From: Planctomycetota bacterium
Lineage (GTDB): Bacteria > Planctomycetota > UBA8108 > SXIK01
NCBI GenBank assembly: GCA_965223265.1
Contig: OZ244999.1
Location: forward strand, 4,288,001-4,352,000
Length of the DNA stretch: 64,000 nt
Reading direction: 5' to 3'
Shown here: positions 29,735 to 39,528 of the stretch, piece by piece
How the letters are laid out: every line of letters begins with the position of its first letter
Numbering within the stretch: the first letter of the stretch is position 1
The notes under the pieces: generated by a model
The model's input: only the letters and a program-made list of their open reading frames with translations
Told to the model about the DNA's origin: nothing
Databases searched by the model: none
Made by a program: the position numbers and the translations under genes

Positions 29735-31210
29735 CTAGCCGCGAGGTCGGAAACGAAAGGCATAGAGATCGGCGTCCTTGAGCACGAAACGAAGCCGCAC
29801 AGGCTTGCCAGCGAGGCCTGACACGTCGCCCTTGCCTTGCCAGGTGACCTTTCGCTCAAGGGAGTCTCCGATCAGTTCGTCCGCGCCGTCGAGCGCGAAC
29901 CCAGGATGGGCCTTCCCGTCAGCATCTTGCAGCTCAACACGGACGCCGCCCGCGGCGGAGGATGCAAAGTTGATCGCGAGTTCTCCACCCTCGAACGTGA
30001 TGGGCTTGGTCGTCAGTTCACCGCCGCGATACCCTGCGTGGATCGACGCGAAGCCGTCGAGGCGTAGTGTCAGCCTCTCGACGTAGTGTGAAGGCTGCCC
30101 GTAGTGCCGCTGCACGTAGATCGACATCTCGCCATCCCCCGTCGGGACGACACCGCGCGCTGGGTAGTTCGAACGCGCCACCCAGTCGCGTGGGCTCACT
30201 CCGGCGCGGACGTACGATTCAAGGAACGTGCGGTCGATCAACTGGCCGCCGCGACTCGAAAGCAGCACTGCGTCGGAGATGCCACCGCGGAGGCGCTCCC
30301 CGGCATCGTAGTTGCGTGGATCGCTCAGAGCGATGCGCTCTTCCACCTCAGGAGTCAGAGCCCAGCGCCTCGGGAAGTACCGCGCCGCCGTGCCGATGTA
30401 GATGTGAGGTGCACGAAAGTAAGGCGCCATCTGATTGGTGTAGAGATGCTCACTCGGCGTGTCGCCGTACACCGCGTCGATCGGCGGCGTCCAATCAAGA
30501 AAATTCGTCGATGTCGTCCGCGTGATCCAGCGAACACGGTTCTTGAACGTACGGAAGTAACACACGTAGCGCCGCTCGCTCGTTGACCAGAAGACGTTGT
30601 TCTGTGAGTCGAATGCACCCTCGGTGATAATCGGCTCCGCGCGCAGCTTGCGCCAGCGAACGCCGTCGCCCGAGGCGTATGCGATCAGCCCGCTGCGCTG
30701 CGAGCCACCGACCGCCTTGTAACGCTCTTCCGCGGGAACTCCAGGGCGCGTGTCGACGACGGGCGCGAAGTTGTGCGTCTCATCGCCAGCGTCGGCAAGG
30801 ATCACGTTGTTGTCACGGCTGCCGTAGAGCTCGAAGAGTCCAAGCGACGGTCGTACCCACGAAATCCCGTCGTCACTTTCGGCGTAGCACGCCACCTGCT
30901 TCCCATCCGGGCGCTGCGGATAACCGCGGTAGTACATGCGATACTTGTCGCCATCTTTCAGCACGGTGAAGTAGCCACTCAGGATACCTTCCCAGGGTCG
31001 ATCAAGCTTGAGGACGGCGCCGGAGGGGCGCGGGGTCGCGAGTCGCAGCTCAGCCCCGTCAAGAGACTGAATCAGGTGCCGGTCCACAAAAATCTCGCGA
31101 CGTGACCCGATCGCCACCGGCGCGTCTGCCGCCGACAACGCAGCAGCTGCCGAGGCCATAACCAGCAACGAACAGAGAAGACGCAACGGAACAAGTAACG
31201 CTCGGCTCAC
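29735..31210 (-). CDS. Secreted putative glycoside hydrolase-like beta-propeller protein
   Basis: Signal peptide; YRMYYRG, YAESDDGISW, ASGDGVRW, FDSQN and LRLDGFAS motifs; C-terminal beta-sandwich. Confidence 0.75.
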   Translation of the reverse strand: MSRALLVPLRLLCSLLVMASAAAALSAADAPVAIGSRREIFVDRHLIQSLDGAELRLATPRPSGAVLKLDRPWEGILSGYFTVLKDGDKYRMYYRGYPQRPDGKQVACYAESDDGISWVRPSLGLFELYGSRDNNVILADAGDETHNFAPVVDTRPGVPAEERYKAVGGSQRSGLIAYASGDGVRWRKLRAEPIITEGAFDSQNNVFWSTSERRYVCYFRTFKNRVRWITRTTSTNFLDWTPPIDAVYGDTPSEHLYTNQMAPYFRAPHIYIGTAARYFPRRWALTPEVEERIALSDPRNYDAGERLRGGISDAVLLSSRGGQLIDRTFLESYVRAGVSPRDWVARSNYPARGVVPTGDGEMSIYVQRHYGQPSHYVERLTLRLDGFASIHAGYRGGELTTKPITFEGGELAINFASSAAGGVRVELQDADGKAHPGFALDGADELIGDSLERKVTWQGKGDVSGLAGKPVRLRFVLKDADLYAFRFRPRG

Positions 31211-31497
31211 GAGAAACTCCTGACGGAAAAGAACTGCGAAGACTCAACAAAGGGACCCAAGACGGCCATCCAGGGTAGCGACGAACGGAGCTATCGACAA
31301 CGGAGAGCCGTACACGGCATGTGGGAAGAGGGACCAGGACAGGAGTTCTCACCTCAGGTCAGACCTCTCCTGCAAACGAACTGACACCCTCGAGTCGAGG
31401 GCAAGCCCGCCCTGCGTCTCTCGGCGCTGTCGATGTGAAGACCCTCAAGTCTCTTTCATCTCTCGATCAGAACTCTGTGTCCTCGTGGTTGCAACGA

Positions 31498-32934
31498 TCA
31501 CGGCAAAGGAAACAGCCGCCGAAAATCCTCGCGCGGCTCGAGATTCTTCGCGTCGCCGCCGTAGAGCCACACAAGCGGCAGCACCTTGAGCGTGCCGCGC
31601 TCGTCGCCGTAGCGCCCGTACGAGATGAGGACGCGATCGGCATGAAAGAAAACCGCCGGATGCGAACGCGCGCCCAGGTCGAAGTCGGTCGGCAGATCGA
31701 CGATGGAATCCGGGTCGCGCTCAGGTGCGGGGAGCAGCGGATGGTGAACCAATCCCTCGGGGCGAGTGAAGCGGATCGGCCCCGGCTCGACGCGTGCACC
31801 AGAGAGCACGGAGTCGACGTTCTGATAGAATTCCCAAATGGCGCCCTTGGCGCGACTGATCGCGCTACTGAGACGCGAACGCCCGAGCCCCTTGCGGATC
31901 TCTTCTTCGCTCTGTTGATTCCAGACAACGACGAGGTCGCCCGTCGCGGGCACACGCTTGAGTTTGGCGCTGGCGTTCGACGTCGCAAGCGGTGTCGCTG
32001 TCGGTGCGGTCCACGTTTCCCCGTCATCGAACGACCACGACTTGTAGAGGCGGCCGGTCATCGTTCTCAGCAGCATGAGGAGCTTCCGCGGCTCCACCTC
32101 GGCGATCGTCGGTTCGGTAGTGCCAAGGTGAGACATGGTTTCGCTGTCCCAGATGAAAATCATGCCCGAGCGACTTGGCCGCCACGTAACGCCGTCGTCA
32201 TCCGAGTAATAGACGTAGGACCAGAAAAACGCCGCGTCAAAGGGGTGCTCGCCGGCATACATCCACGCACCGTCTCTCAGGCCTCCCGTTGTGCGTCGTG
32301 AGCGTGCCGCTCCCCACTCAAGATCGCGGGCCTGCGGCATGTAGCCGTAGACAGGGAGGATGATGCGGCCCGACGATGTGCGCACTAAAACATCGTTCGA
32401 CTTCGAGACGCCGTGAAGAGCCGCCTCGCTGACCCGCACCGGCATCGACCACGATTTACCTTCGTCCTCGCTGCGCCAAAAAAGGATGGCGCTGTCGGTG
32501 CCACGCCCGGCGCGCGATCGCGCCGCGTATCCGAGTGCACCGCCATGTAGCGTCATCAAGCTTCCCGGCACTTCGCCGAGCGCCTCACCGTTCGCATCCA
32601 CCCCCTGCCAGAACCCAGACCACGTCAAACCGCCATCGCTTGATACCGAGAAGAAGCCTCCGGCCCGTCCAGCGCGTCCATCTGAGCGGCTGTAGAGGAT
32701 GCGTCCGCCACTCAGCGCCGCGAATGTACCTTGCCCGCCCATGCCTTTGACGGTCGCAAGGCACTCGGCGGGCCGCGTCATCGGCAAGTGAGACGGCGTC
32801 GCCGCCGTCACCGTCGAGTCGCTACGCGAGGCACAGCTCAGCTGGCTGAGAATCGCGACGACGGTGACGGCAGCGGCGGCAAAGGTCAGACGCTGGCGCC
32901 GTCGACTCGGTTGCAGACGCTCAACCGGTCTCAC
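31498..32934 (-). CDS. BNR/Asp-box sialidase-family protein, probable lipoprotein
   Basis: Asp-boxes SSDGGLTW, SEDEGKSW, SDDDGVTW and SFDDGETW; GTG start overlaps the ALDH stop (GTGA); LSC lipobox-like motif. Confidence 0.8.
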   Translation of the reverse strand: MRPVERLQPSRRRQRLTFAAAAVTVVAILSQLSCASRSDSTVTAATPSHLPMTRPAECLATVKGMGGQGTFAALSGGRILYSRSDGRAGRAGGFFSVSSDGGLTWSGFWQGVDANGEALGEVPGSLMTLHGGALGYAARSRAGRGTDSAILFWRSEDEGKSWSMPVRVSEAALHGVSKSNDVLVRTSSGRIILPVYGYMPQARDLEWGAARSRRTTGGLRDGAWMYAGEHPFDAAFFWSYVYYSDDDGVTWRPSRSGMIFIWDSETMSHLGTTEPTIAEVEPRKLLMLLRTMTGRLYKSWSFDDGETWTAPTATPLATSNASAKLKRVPATGDLVVVWNQQSEEEIRKGLGRSRLSSAISRAKGAIWEFYQNVDSVLSGARVEPGPIRFTRPEGLVHHPLLPAPERDPDSIVDLPTDFDLGARSHPAVFFHADRVLISYGRYGDERGTLKVLPLVWLYGGDAKNLEPREDFRRLFPLP

Positions 32935-34436
32935 AATCCAACGACGACCGCTTTCGTCTCGGTGTAGTTGTCGAGAACCTCGCGTCCCATCTCCCGCCCC
33001 CAGCCGGATTGCTTGTAGCCGCCGAACGGTAGCGCTGCATCGAAGACGTTGTAGCAGTTGATCCAAACCGTCCCGGCACGCAGTCGCTCAGCAACGCGGT
33101 GCGCCTTCTGAATATCCTGCGTCCAGATGCCCGCAGCCAGGCCATAGATCGTGTCGTTCGCGACGGGCATGAGATCGTCGAGGTGGTCAAACGGCTCGGC
33201 AACAACGACGGGACCAAAGATCTCCTCTTGCACGATCTTCATGTCCTGCTTCGTGTCCGTGATGACGGTCGGCTCGACGAAATAACCCTTGTCGCCGACG
33301 CGCTGACCTCCGGTCACCGTCTTGGCGCCTTCCGCGACGCCGCTGGCCAGGAAACCACAGACACGGTCGAGCTGCTCGTGCGAGACCAGTGGCCCCATCT
33401 GCGTCGCCGGATCTAGCCCGGGTCCAACTTTGATCTCCTTCGCCGCCGCCGAAACGCCCTGAACAACGTCGTCATAGATACCACTCTGGACGTAGAGGCG
33501 CGATCCAGCGCAGCAGCACTGTCCGTGGTTGAAGAAGATGGCGTTCGCCGCACCTTGTATCGTCGCGTCGAGATCGGAGGTGTCGTCGAAAACGACGTTC
33601 GGCGACTTGCCGCCGAGCTCGAGCGTCACCTTCTTGAGGTTTCCCGCTGCTGCCTGCACGATCAATTTGCCGACTTCCGTTGAACCGGTGAACGCGACCT
33701 TGTCGACGCCTGGGTGGGCCGCGAGCGACGCACCTGCGGTCTCACCGTAACCCGGCACGATGTTGACGACGCCTTGCGGTACGCCCGCCTCGAGAAGGAG
33801 TTCACCAAGTCGCAGCGCGCTCAGCGGTGTCTGCTCCGCCGGTTTGAGAACGACACAGTTCCCGGTCGCCAGTGCGGGCCCAAGCTTCCACGCCGCCATC
33901 AAAAGAGGAAAGTTCCATGGAATGATCTGTGCCACCACGCCAACCGGCTCGCGGAGCGTGTAGGCGTGAAACTTGGCCCCGGCTGCGTAGGGTACCGAGA
34001 TCGGAATCGTGCTGCCTTCAAGCTTCGTCGCCCAACCGGCCATGTAATGAAACAGGTCAGCTGCAAGTGGCACGTCGGCGACTTGGGCGACCGCTTTCGG
34101 TTTGCCGTTGTCGACAGATTCCAGCTGCGCGAGCTCGTCAACGTTGTCGAGGATCAGATCGCCGATCTTCCAGATGACGCGGCTGCGCTCCGAGGGCGTC
34201 ATGCGACTCCACGGGCCGGAATCGAGCGCGTTCCGAGCTGCTGCGACGGCGCGATAGACGTCCTCGCGGTCGCCCTCGGCGACTTGCGCGATGACATCGC
34301 CGCTCACGGGGTCGTAGACAGGAAAGGTCTTGCCCGAGGCTGCGTCGACCCACTTGCCATCGATCAACATCTGACGTGGCGACGACAGGAACGCTTTGAC
34401 GTTTGGCGAGATGTTCTTCTCCAACGTGGCTTCCAT
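32931..34436 (-). CDS. NAD(P)-dependent aldehyde dehydrogenase
   Basis: IIPWNFP, FTGSTEVG, LELGGKSP, NHGQCCCAGS, EEIFGPV and PFGGYKQSG motifs; GGAGG RBS. Confidence 0.96.
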   Translation of the reverse strand: MEATLEKNISPNVKAFLSSPRQMLIDGKWVDAASGKTFPVYDPVSGDVIAQVAEGDREDVYRAVAAARNALDSGPWSRMTPSERSRVIWKIGDLILDNVDELAQLESVDNGKPKAVAQVADVPLAADLFHYMAGWATKLEGSTIPISVPYAAGAKFHAYTLREPVGVVAQIIPWNFPLLMAAWKLGPALATGNCVVLKPAEQTPLSALRLGELLLEAGVPQGVVNIVPGYGETAGASLAAHPGVDKVAFTGSTEVGKLIVQAAAGNLKKVTLELGGKSPNVVFDDTSDLDATIQGAANAIFFNHGQCCCAGSRLYVQSGIYDDVVQGVSAAAKEIKVGPGLDPATQMGPLVSHEQLDRVCGFLASGVAEGAKTVTGGQRVGDKGYFVEPTVITDTKQDMKIVQEEIFGPVVVAEPFDHLDDLMPVANDTIYGLAAGIWTQDIQKAHRVAERLRAGTVWINCYNVFDAALPFGGYKQSGWGREMGREVLDNYTETKAVVVGL

Positions 34437-34731
34437 GGATCTTCCTCCGGGTTGAACACGCGACGCCGCGGGCTATCGTGCAGCGTGGCGAAATGCCGAT
34501 GATGCTCCTGAACCTGAGCCAGTCTATGCGCATTCTCGGGCGGGCATCAAAGTCAAACATCACCCTTCTCACGGGCGCTGCATCGGCCGCCGGGGGCGAC
34601 CGCCGCTGACACCTCTCGCGCACTGGAGACAGCGGCGATGACTTTTGCCGCTCGGGCTCGTAAGCTGAGCTGAAAGGGATAGCGGCATCGACCGCAGCGT
34701 GTAGCGAACGGTCGCCAAAAGGAGCTCAACT

Positions 34732-36495
34732 TTGAGACGCGCACCAAGCCAAGATTCTTTCGCCCACCCCGAGGAGCCGCGAATCGATCGGCGTGAGTTC
34801 CTCCGACGAAGCAGTGGCGCACTCGCGGCGGGAACACTCGTCGGCGCAGGCGCAGTCGACGCACCGCGTGCGATCGCGGCGACCGCACCGACGCCGGAGC
34901 GTCCGAAAGAGCGGCGCCTCCTGTTCAATTGGGACGGCTCGATGATCCACACGTTCGCGCAGACGCTTCTTCCGGACGCCGAGAAGCCGCTCACCCGTGA
35001 GCAGTTCGTCAATTTCGTCTTCACGCCCATCGCCGGCACTCCGGTCGACGCACTGTTCTTCAGCTTCGGCAGCGGCAACGTCGCGGAATATGATAGCGGC
35101 GTGCTGGAATGGCCTGGGGAGGCCGACGGATTCAAGTTTCCGGAAAGCCGCGCGTGGCACGGCGGTGCCGAGGTCGATCCCAAGTTTCAGTACCTCAATC
35201 CGAAGAGTCTGGCCGACGCCGGCCACAACCCGCCGGCAGTGATCGTCGACGAGTGCCATCAACGCGGCCTCGAGGCGTTCGTGTCGCTGCGCATGAACGA
35301 CTGCCACGATGGTCAGCACCCTCGCGGTGCGCGCCCGAATCCCGAGCTCGCGACGTTCAAACGCCAAAACCCCGACCTCCTCGTCGAGGATCTCGATCTG
35401 TGGAGCGCGCTCAACTTCAAGGAGCCGCGCGTTCGTGCGCTCAAGCTGCGCGTCGTGAAGGAATTCTTCGAGCGCTGGGATTTTGATGGCATCGAGCTCG
35501 ACTGGCTGCGTCACACGCTCAACTTTCCGCGCGGCACCGAGCGCGAAAACGGCAAGTATCTGACGCAGTTCATGCGCGATGCACGCGCCGCGCTCAACGA
35601 CCTCGCCAAGAATCGCGGTCGATCGATCGAGCTGGCGGTTCGCGTCCCCGAGCGACTCGAGTGGTGCCGAGAAGGCGGCTTCGAGGTCGACACTTGGGTT
35701 CGAGAGGGTCTGGTCGACCTCCTCATTCTCGGACAAGGCATGACGGAGGCACCAGGAGTTGACGACTTTCGATCCATCGACGGAGGGCGAGATCTTCCGA
35801 TCTACCCGTCGCTGTATATGTATGGGAACGGCTATCAAGTCAGTCCCGAAGAAGTCGTCCGCGGCAGCGCCGCCAACCTGTGGTACGACGGTGCTGACGG
35901 CCTCTACATGTTCAACTGGTTTTGCCACGGCCCGTGGCGTCGCGACCTGTTGACACAGATCGCCACGGCGGAGAGCTTGCGGCGCGGACGCCGCCACCAC
36001 ACGGCAGTGCACCGCGTCGAGCCGGCGCGCGGCGATCCGGGACGCGATTCAGTGCGCTACAACACAGCGGTGAAAGACGCCCCAGTGCCTTTCTTCCTGA
36101 ACGAAGTCCGCCGCGAACGCGAGATCGACCTACTCTTCGGTGGCGAAGCTGTGGGAACGGCTCAGTCAGCCGAACTCTGGCTCGCCGTCGATCACCTTTT
36201 GACCGGCGACAGAGTGCGCATCGACTTGAACGAAGTCAAGGTGGGTGAGATCGAGATTGGCGCGAGCGGCAGGGCAGAGACCGTCGGCTTCAAGCTCAGC
36301 GTGCCAGACGGTAGCGGACTCCTCGGCCTCAAACTTCCCAATAAGCTCGACATGGCATTCCAAGCGCTCCGCATCCCGGTACCGGCAGCGCTGCTGTCTC
36401 GCGACCGCAATCGCGTCCGCATTCGACTCGAGAAACGAGCGCTCGGCGCCGAGTTTCCGCTCCGGGTTACGCGCATCGAGCTCAGCGTCGGTTAG
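34732..36495 (+). CDS. Tat-exported putative glycoside hydrolase (GHL10-like TIM barrel plus beta-sandwich)
   Basis: DRREFLRR signal; SLRMNDCH, ALNFKEPRVR, FDGIELDWLRH and GADGLYMFN motifs. Confidence 0.75.
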   Translation: MRRAPSQDSFAHPEEPRIDRREFLRRSSGALAAGTLVGAGAVDAPRAIAATAPTPERPKERRLLFNWDGSMIHTFAQTLLPDAEKPLTREQFVNFVFTPIAGTPVDALFFSFGSGNVAEYDSGVLEWPGEADGFKFPESRAWHGGAEVDPKFQYLNPKSLADAGHNPPAVIVDECHQRGLEAFVSLRMNDCHDGQHPRGARPNPELATFKRQNPDLLVEDLDLWSALNFKEPRVRALKLRVVKEFFERWDFDGIELDWLRHTLNFPRGTERENGKYLTQFMRDARAALNDLAKNRGRSIELAVRVPERLEWCREGGFEVDTWVREGLVDLLILGQGMTEAPGVDDFRSIDGGRDLPIYPSLYMYGNGYQVSPEEVVRGSAANLWYDGADGLYMFNWFCHGPWRRDLLTQIATAESLRRGRRHHTAVHRVEPARGDPGRDSVRYNTAVKDAPVPFFLNEVRREREIDLLFGGEAVGTAQSAELWLAVDHLLTGDRVRIDLNEVKVGEIEIGASGRAETVGFKLSVPDGSGLLGLKLPNKLDMAFQALRIPVPAALLSRDRNRVRIRLEKRALGAEFPLRVTRIELSVG

Positions 36496-36528
36496 CGGCT
36501 CGTTCGAAGAGAAAAAAGGGAGCTGACT

Positions 36529-37361
36529 ATGGCCCAGAAGAGCACGCAGAGACGCGTGGTCGTGGTAGCGATCGCGGCAGGCGTGGTGGTCCTGGCTCTC
36601 AGCGCGCTGCCGGTCGTACGGTTCCTGCTCTACACAGACGTCGTGGCCAGTCTGATTCTCGTCGACACACCGCGGCAGACGAGCTATTGGCGGTTCACGG
36701 AGACGCCGAACGGTTTTTTGATCCAGGCAACCGCAGGTCGCTACAGCGGTTGGTACCTAGCAGCCCGTTGAAAAAGTCATTCGGCCGAAGAAACTGGCCT
36801 CTTCACGCCCAGCTCGACCGCGTCAATACTCGAAAATCCCGAAGATTGCCTCCGTTTGCCGCAGCCGATCTGGACGCGAAGAGACCAGTTTTCGGCTCGA
36901 AGCACTTTTTCAACAGGCTGCTAGATGCCGACGAGACGATGCGCCAGCCTTACATTGGTGAGGGCTTGGAGTCTGCCAGCAATCGGTTCGTGGTCCTGTC
37001 GCGGAGTCTCCGTGAGAGCTGCTACTGGAACTTCGACGGCTTCATCTACGCTTCAAGTGGACCGTTTCGCGATCTCTATCTAGACATTGCGGCATTGGAT
37101 CAACCAATCCCCCGTGGCAACTTTCGCTTTACGCGAAACCTGCTCATCGGGCATGTGCGGCTGTCGTGGACGGTCACCGAGACGGCTCAAGGACACACGA
37201 TCCAGGCTGGAACTGGGGACGAGTGGTGGCTCGATTACGACGCAGCTGTCGAACCAGAGTCCGTTCGCAAAAGGCCACTCGAAGTGCGCCGCCGCGATGT
37301 CGAGAAAGAGTTCAAGGATCGACACTTTCTCTTTCGGGGCGGCAACGACAAGAAACCGTAG
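36529..37361 (+). pseudogene. N-anchored secreted protein gene interrupted by a MITE
   Basis: Removing 36761-36924 joins ...GWY-L-DADETM... into one 222-aa ORF with recurring WYLD/LYLD/WWLD motifs. Confidence 0.85.
36761..36920 (-). mobile_element. MITE, 160 bp, CTAG target duplication
   Basis: TIRs present; CTAG at 36757-60 and 36921-24; exact reverse complement of 37782-37941. Confidence 0.93.
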
Positions 37362-37416
37362 TCTCGGCATGAAGGTGACGGAACACCCCATGTACCGTCC
37401 GATCTTTCAGGTCACC

Positions 37417-37642
37417 GGCACACGCGGAGGCTGTGAAGTCTTAAACGTTATGGCGCAGCTCAGTCACGGCCGGACGGCACACGGACTCCCCACTGGGCAT
37501 AGATCACGACCGCCCAACCGGGGCACTGGTCCGTGTGCGGCACTTCATAGCGCTGGCGTGAGAAGGTGCTCCCGGCGGGCTGCCGGAACCGCACTCAACT
37601 TACCCGTCGAGCACGATCTTCAAAAGGGTACAGGCGTGTGCC
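37417..37642 (+). ncRNA. Candidate structured non-coding RNA (family not recognised)
   Basis: Nested complementary segments 37417-25/37634-42, 37430-39/37542-51, 37477-86/37529-38, 37494-98/37512-16 and 37566-71/37609-14. Confidence 0.4.
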
Positions 37643-37662
37643 TGCAACTGTGGACGGCGCCC

Positions 37663-37737
37663 TTCGTTGACTTAGTTTCCTTTTGTTCAACTCTTCTTCT
37701 TATCTCTTCAACAGAAAGCAAACGAAGATCAGAGAAG
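37663..37737. repeat. Pyrimidine/purine-skewed imperfect palindrome
   Basis: TTCGTTGACTTAGTTTCCTTTTGTT ... AACAGAAAGCAAACGAAGATCAGAGAAG resembles the element at 63772-63941. Confidence 0.5.
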
Positions 37738-37781
37738 CGGCAGGCGCTCAAGGACGTCTGAACCAATGAAAAGGCATTTAA

Positions 37782-37941
37782 CAGCCTGTTGAAAAAGTGC
37801 TTCGAGCCGAAAACTGGTCTCTTCGCGTCCAGATCGGCTGCGGCAAACGGAGGCAATCTTCGGGATTTTCGAGTATTGACGCGGTCGAGCTGGGCGTGAA
37901 GAGGCCAGTTTCTTCGGCCGAATGACTTTTTCAACGGGCTG
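37782..37941 (+). mobile_element. MITE, 160 bp, TTAA target duplication
   Basis: TIRs present; TTAA at 37778-81 and 37942-45. Confidence 0.93.
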
Positions 37942-37971
37942 TTAAGTCACGGTCCACGCTCACGTCCGGAA

Positions 37972-37995
37972 CGGCACACGGAGTGTGCCTGCTAC
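37972..37995 (-). repeat. GTAG-type REP hairpin
   Basis: Reverse complement is GTAGCAGGCACACTCCGTGTGCCG. Confidence 0.8.
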
Positions 37996-38032
37996 TTTGA
38001 AGACGTCGTGCTCTATTCCCTGCTCGACATCT

Positions 38033-39514
38033 CTACGCCAAGATCTCTTCAATCTTGCGCCCACCGAGGTCTGTCAAGCGTTTGAAGCGACCGGCGTGGT
38101 AGTAAACGAGACGCATGTCGTCGAGCCCGAGGAGGTGCAGCATCGTGGCGTGGACGTCGTGCATGTGATAGACGTCCTCCACCGCGGTGTTGCCGAGCTC
38201 ATTCGTCTCGCCGACCACTGTTCCGCCCTTCACTCCACCGCCTGCCATCCACATGACCATGGCGTCACGGTTGTGATCGCGTCCGGGCGCCGTGCGGAAA
38301 AAGAGCATGGAGTTGTCCGAGGTGCGTCCGAACTCACCGCCCCAGACGACGAGCGTGTCGTCGAGCAGCCCGCGCTGGCGCAGGTCCTTGAGAAGACCGG
38401 CGATGGGTTTGTCGGACTCGTGGCCGCGGCGCCGGTGCTCTTCGCGAATGTTTTGGTGTGAGTCCCAGCCCTGGCAAAAAATCTCCACGAAGCGCACGCC
38501 GCGCTCGACGAGGCGACGGGCGAAGAGACACTTGCGTCCCATCTCTTCGCTGGCTTTGTCGTTCAGACCGTAAAGCTCCTTCGTCGCTGTCGATTCGCTT
38601 TCGATGTCGAGAGCTTCCGGCACCGACATCTGCATGCGGAAGGCAAGCTCATAGTTACGCATACGCCCAACGAGATCGCGGTTACGCTCGTTCGCAGCCG
38701 CAAACTTGGCGTTGAGGTCGCCGAGGAGGTCAAGGCTCGCCCGCTGCTGCGCCCGTCCGACGTGAGGCGGCGGCTGCAGGTCGACGACCGGGTCGCCGAC
38801 AGGATTGAAAAGCGTGCCCTGGCAAGCCGCCGGCAAGTAGCCGTTCGACCAGTTCATGGGCCCACCAAAGATGCCGCGGCCGGTGTCCGGCAAGACGACG
38901 AACGCGGGAAGGTCTTGGTTTTCGGTGCCGAGGCCGTACACCACCCAGGATCCCACCGACGGGCTGCCCGGGATCGTGTCACCGGTGTTGAAAAAGAACG
39001 TCGCCGTGGTGTGTGCTGCCGACGACGTGTGCAGCGATCGCACCACCGCGATGTCGTCAGCGCAGGTGGCTAAGTGCGGAAAGATCTCGGAGATTTCCAT
39101 CCCCGACTTACCGTGACGAGCGAACTTGAACGGGCAGCCGACGTAGAGGCGCTTCTCGAGACTGCCGTACTTGCGAGTGATCGGTCGACCGTGATACTTG
39201 TCCAAGAGCGGCTTCGGGTCAAACGTGTCCATTTGACTCGGCGCGCCCGACATGAAGAGGAAGATGCAGGCCTTCGCCTTTGGTACACGATGGTGTGCCG
39301 CCTTCGGCGCCAGCGGGTCAGCGTCTCTCGCGGCATTCCCGGCGCCGAGCCCGGCTTCCGCTCCGAAACCATCCCGTGCCAGAAGCGACGACAGCGCCAA
39401 GCTGCCGACGCCCGAACCAAAGCGATACAGCGCGTCGCGCCGACCGATCATACCGAGACGCGGGTCAGGAGGCGGTTCGCGGTGGCTGCAAAGATCGAAC
39501 TCACGCTTGCGCAT
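38033..39514 (-). CDS. DUF1501 protein with Tat signal
   Basis: GRRDAL signal; IFLFMSGAPSQMDTFDPKP, ARRLVERGVRFV, WDSH, WGGEFGRT, GRDHN and DVHATMLHLLG motifs. Confidence 0.95.
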   Translation of the reverse strand: MRKREFDLCSHREPPPDPRLGMIGRRDALYRFGSGVGSLALSSLLARDGFGAEAGLGAGNAARDADPLAPKAAHHRVPKAKACIFLFMSGAPSQMDTFDPKPLLDKYHGRPITRKYGSLEKRLYVGCPFKFARHGKSGMEISEIFPHLATCADDIAVVRSLHTSSAAHTTATFFFNTGDTIPGSPSVGSWVVYGLGTENQDLPAFVVLPDTGRGIFGGPMNWSNGYLPAACQGTLFNPVGDPVVDLQPPPHVGRAQQRASLDLLGDLNAKFAAANERNRDLVGRMRNYELAFRMQMSVPEALDIESESTATKELYGLNDKASEEMGRKCLFARRLVERGVRFVEIFCQGWDSHQNIREEHRRRGHESDKPIAGLLKDLRQRGLLDDTLVVWGGEFGRTSDNSMLFFRTAPGRDHNRDAMVMWMAGGGVKGGTVVGETNELGNTAVEDVYHMHDVHATMLHLLGLDDMRLVYYHAGRFKRLTDLGGRKIEEILA

Positions 39515-39528
39515 GAAACTCTCCGGGG

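Noticed and set aside
32935-33066. 132-bp overlap of the sialidase-like ORF with the ALDH gene
   Set aside because: A GTG overlapping the ALDH stop gives an ordinary coupled start with a signal peptide.
37621-37652. AAAAGGG...GCAACTGT resembling a cobalamin riboswitch core
   Set aside because: The intervening stems are missing, no B12-related gene follows, and the sequence fits a degenerate REP arm.
36761-37941. Composite transposon bounded by two inverted identical MITEs
   Set aside because: Each copy has its own different target duplication (CTAG versus TTAA), and the interrupted gene continues inside the interval.
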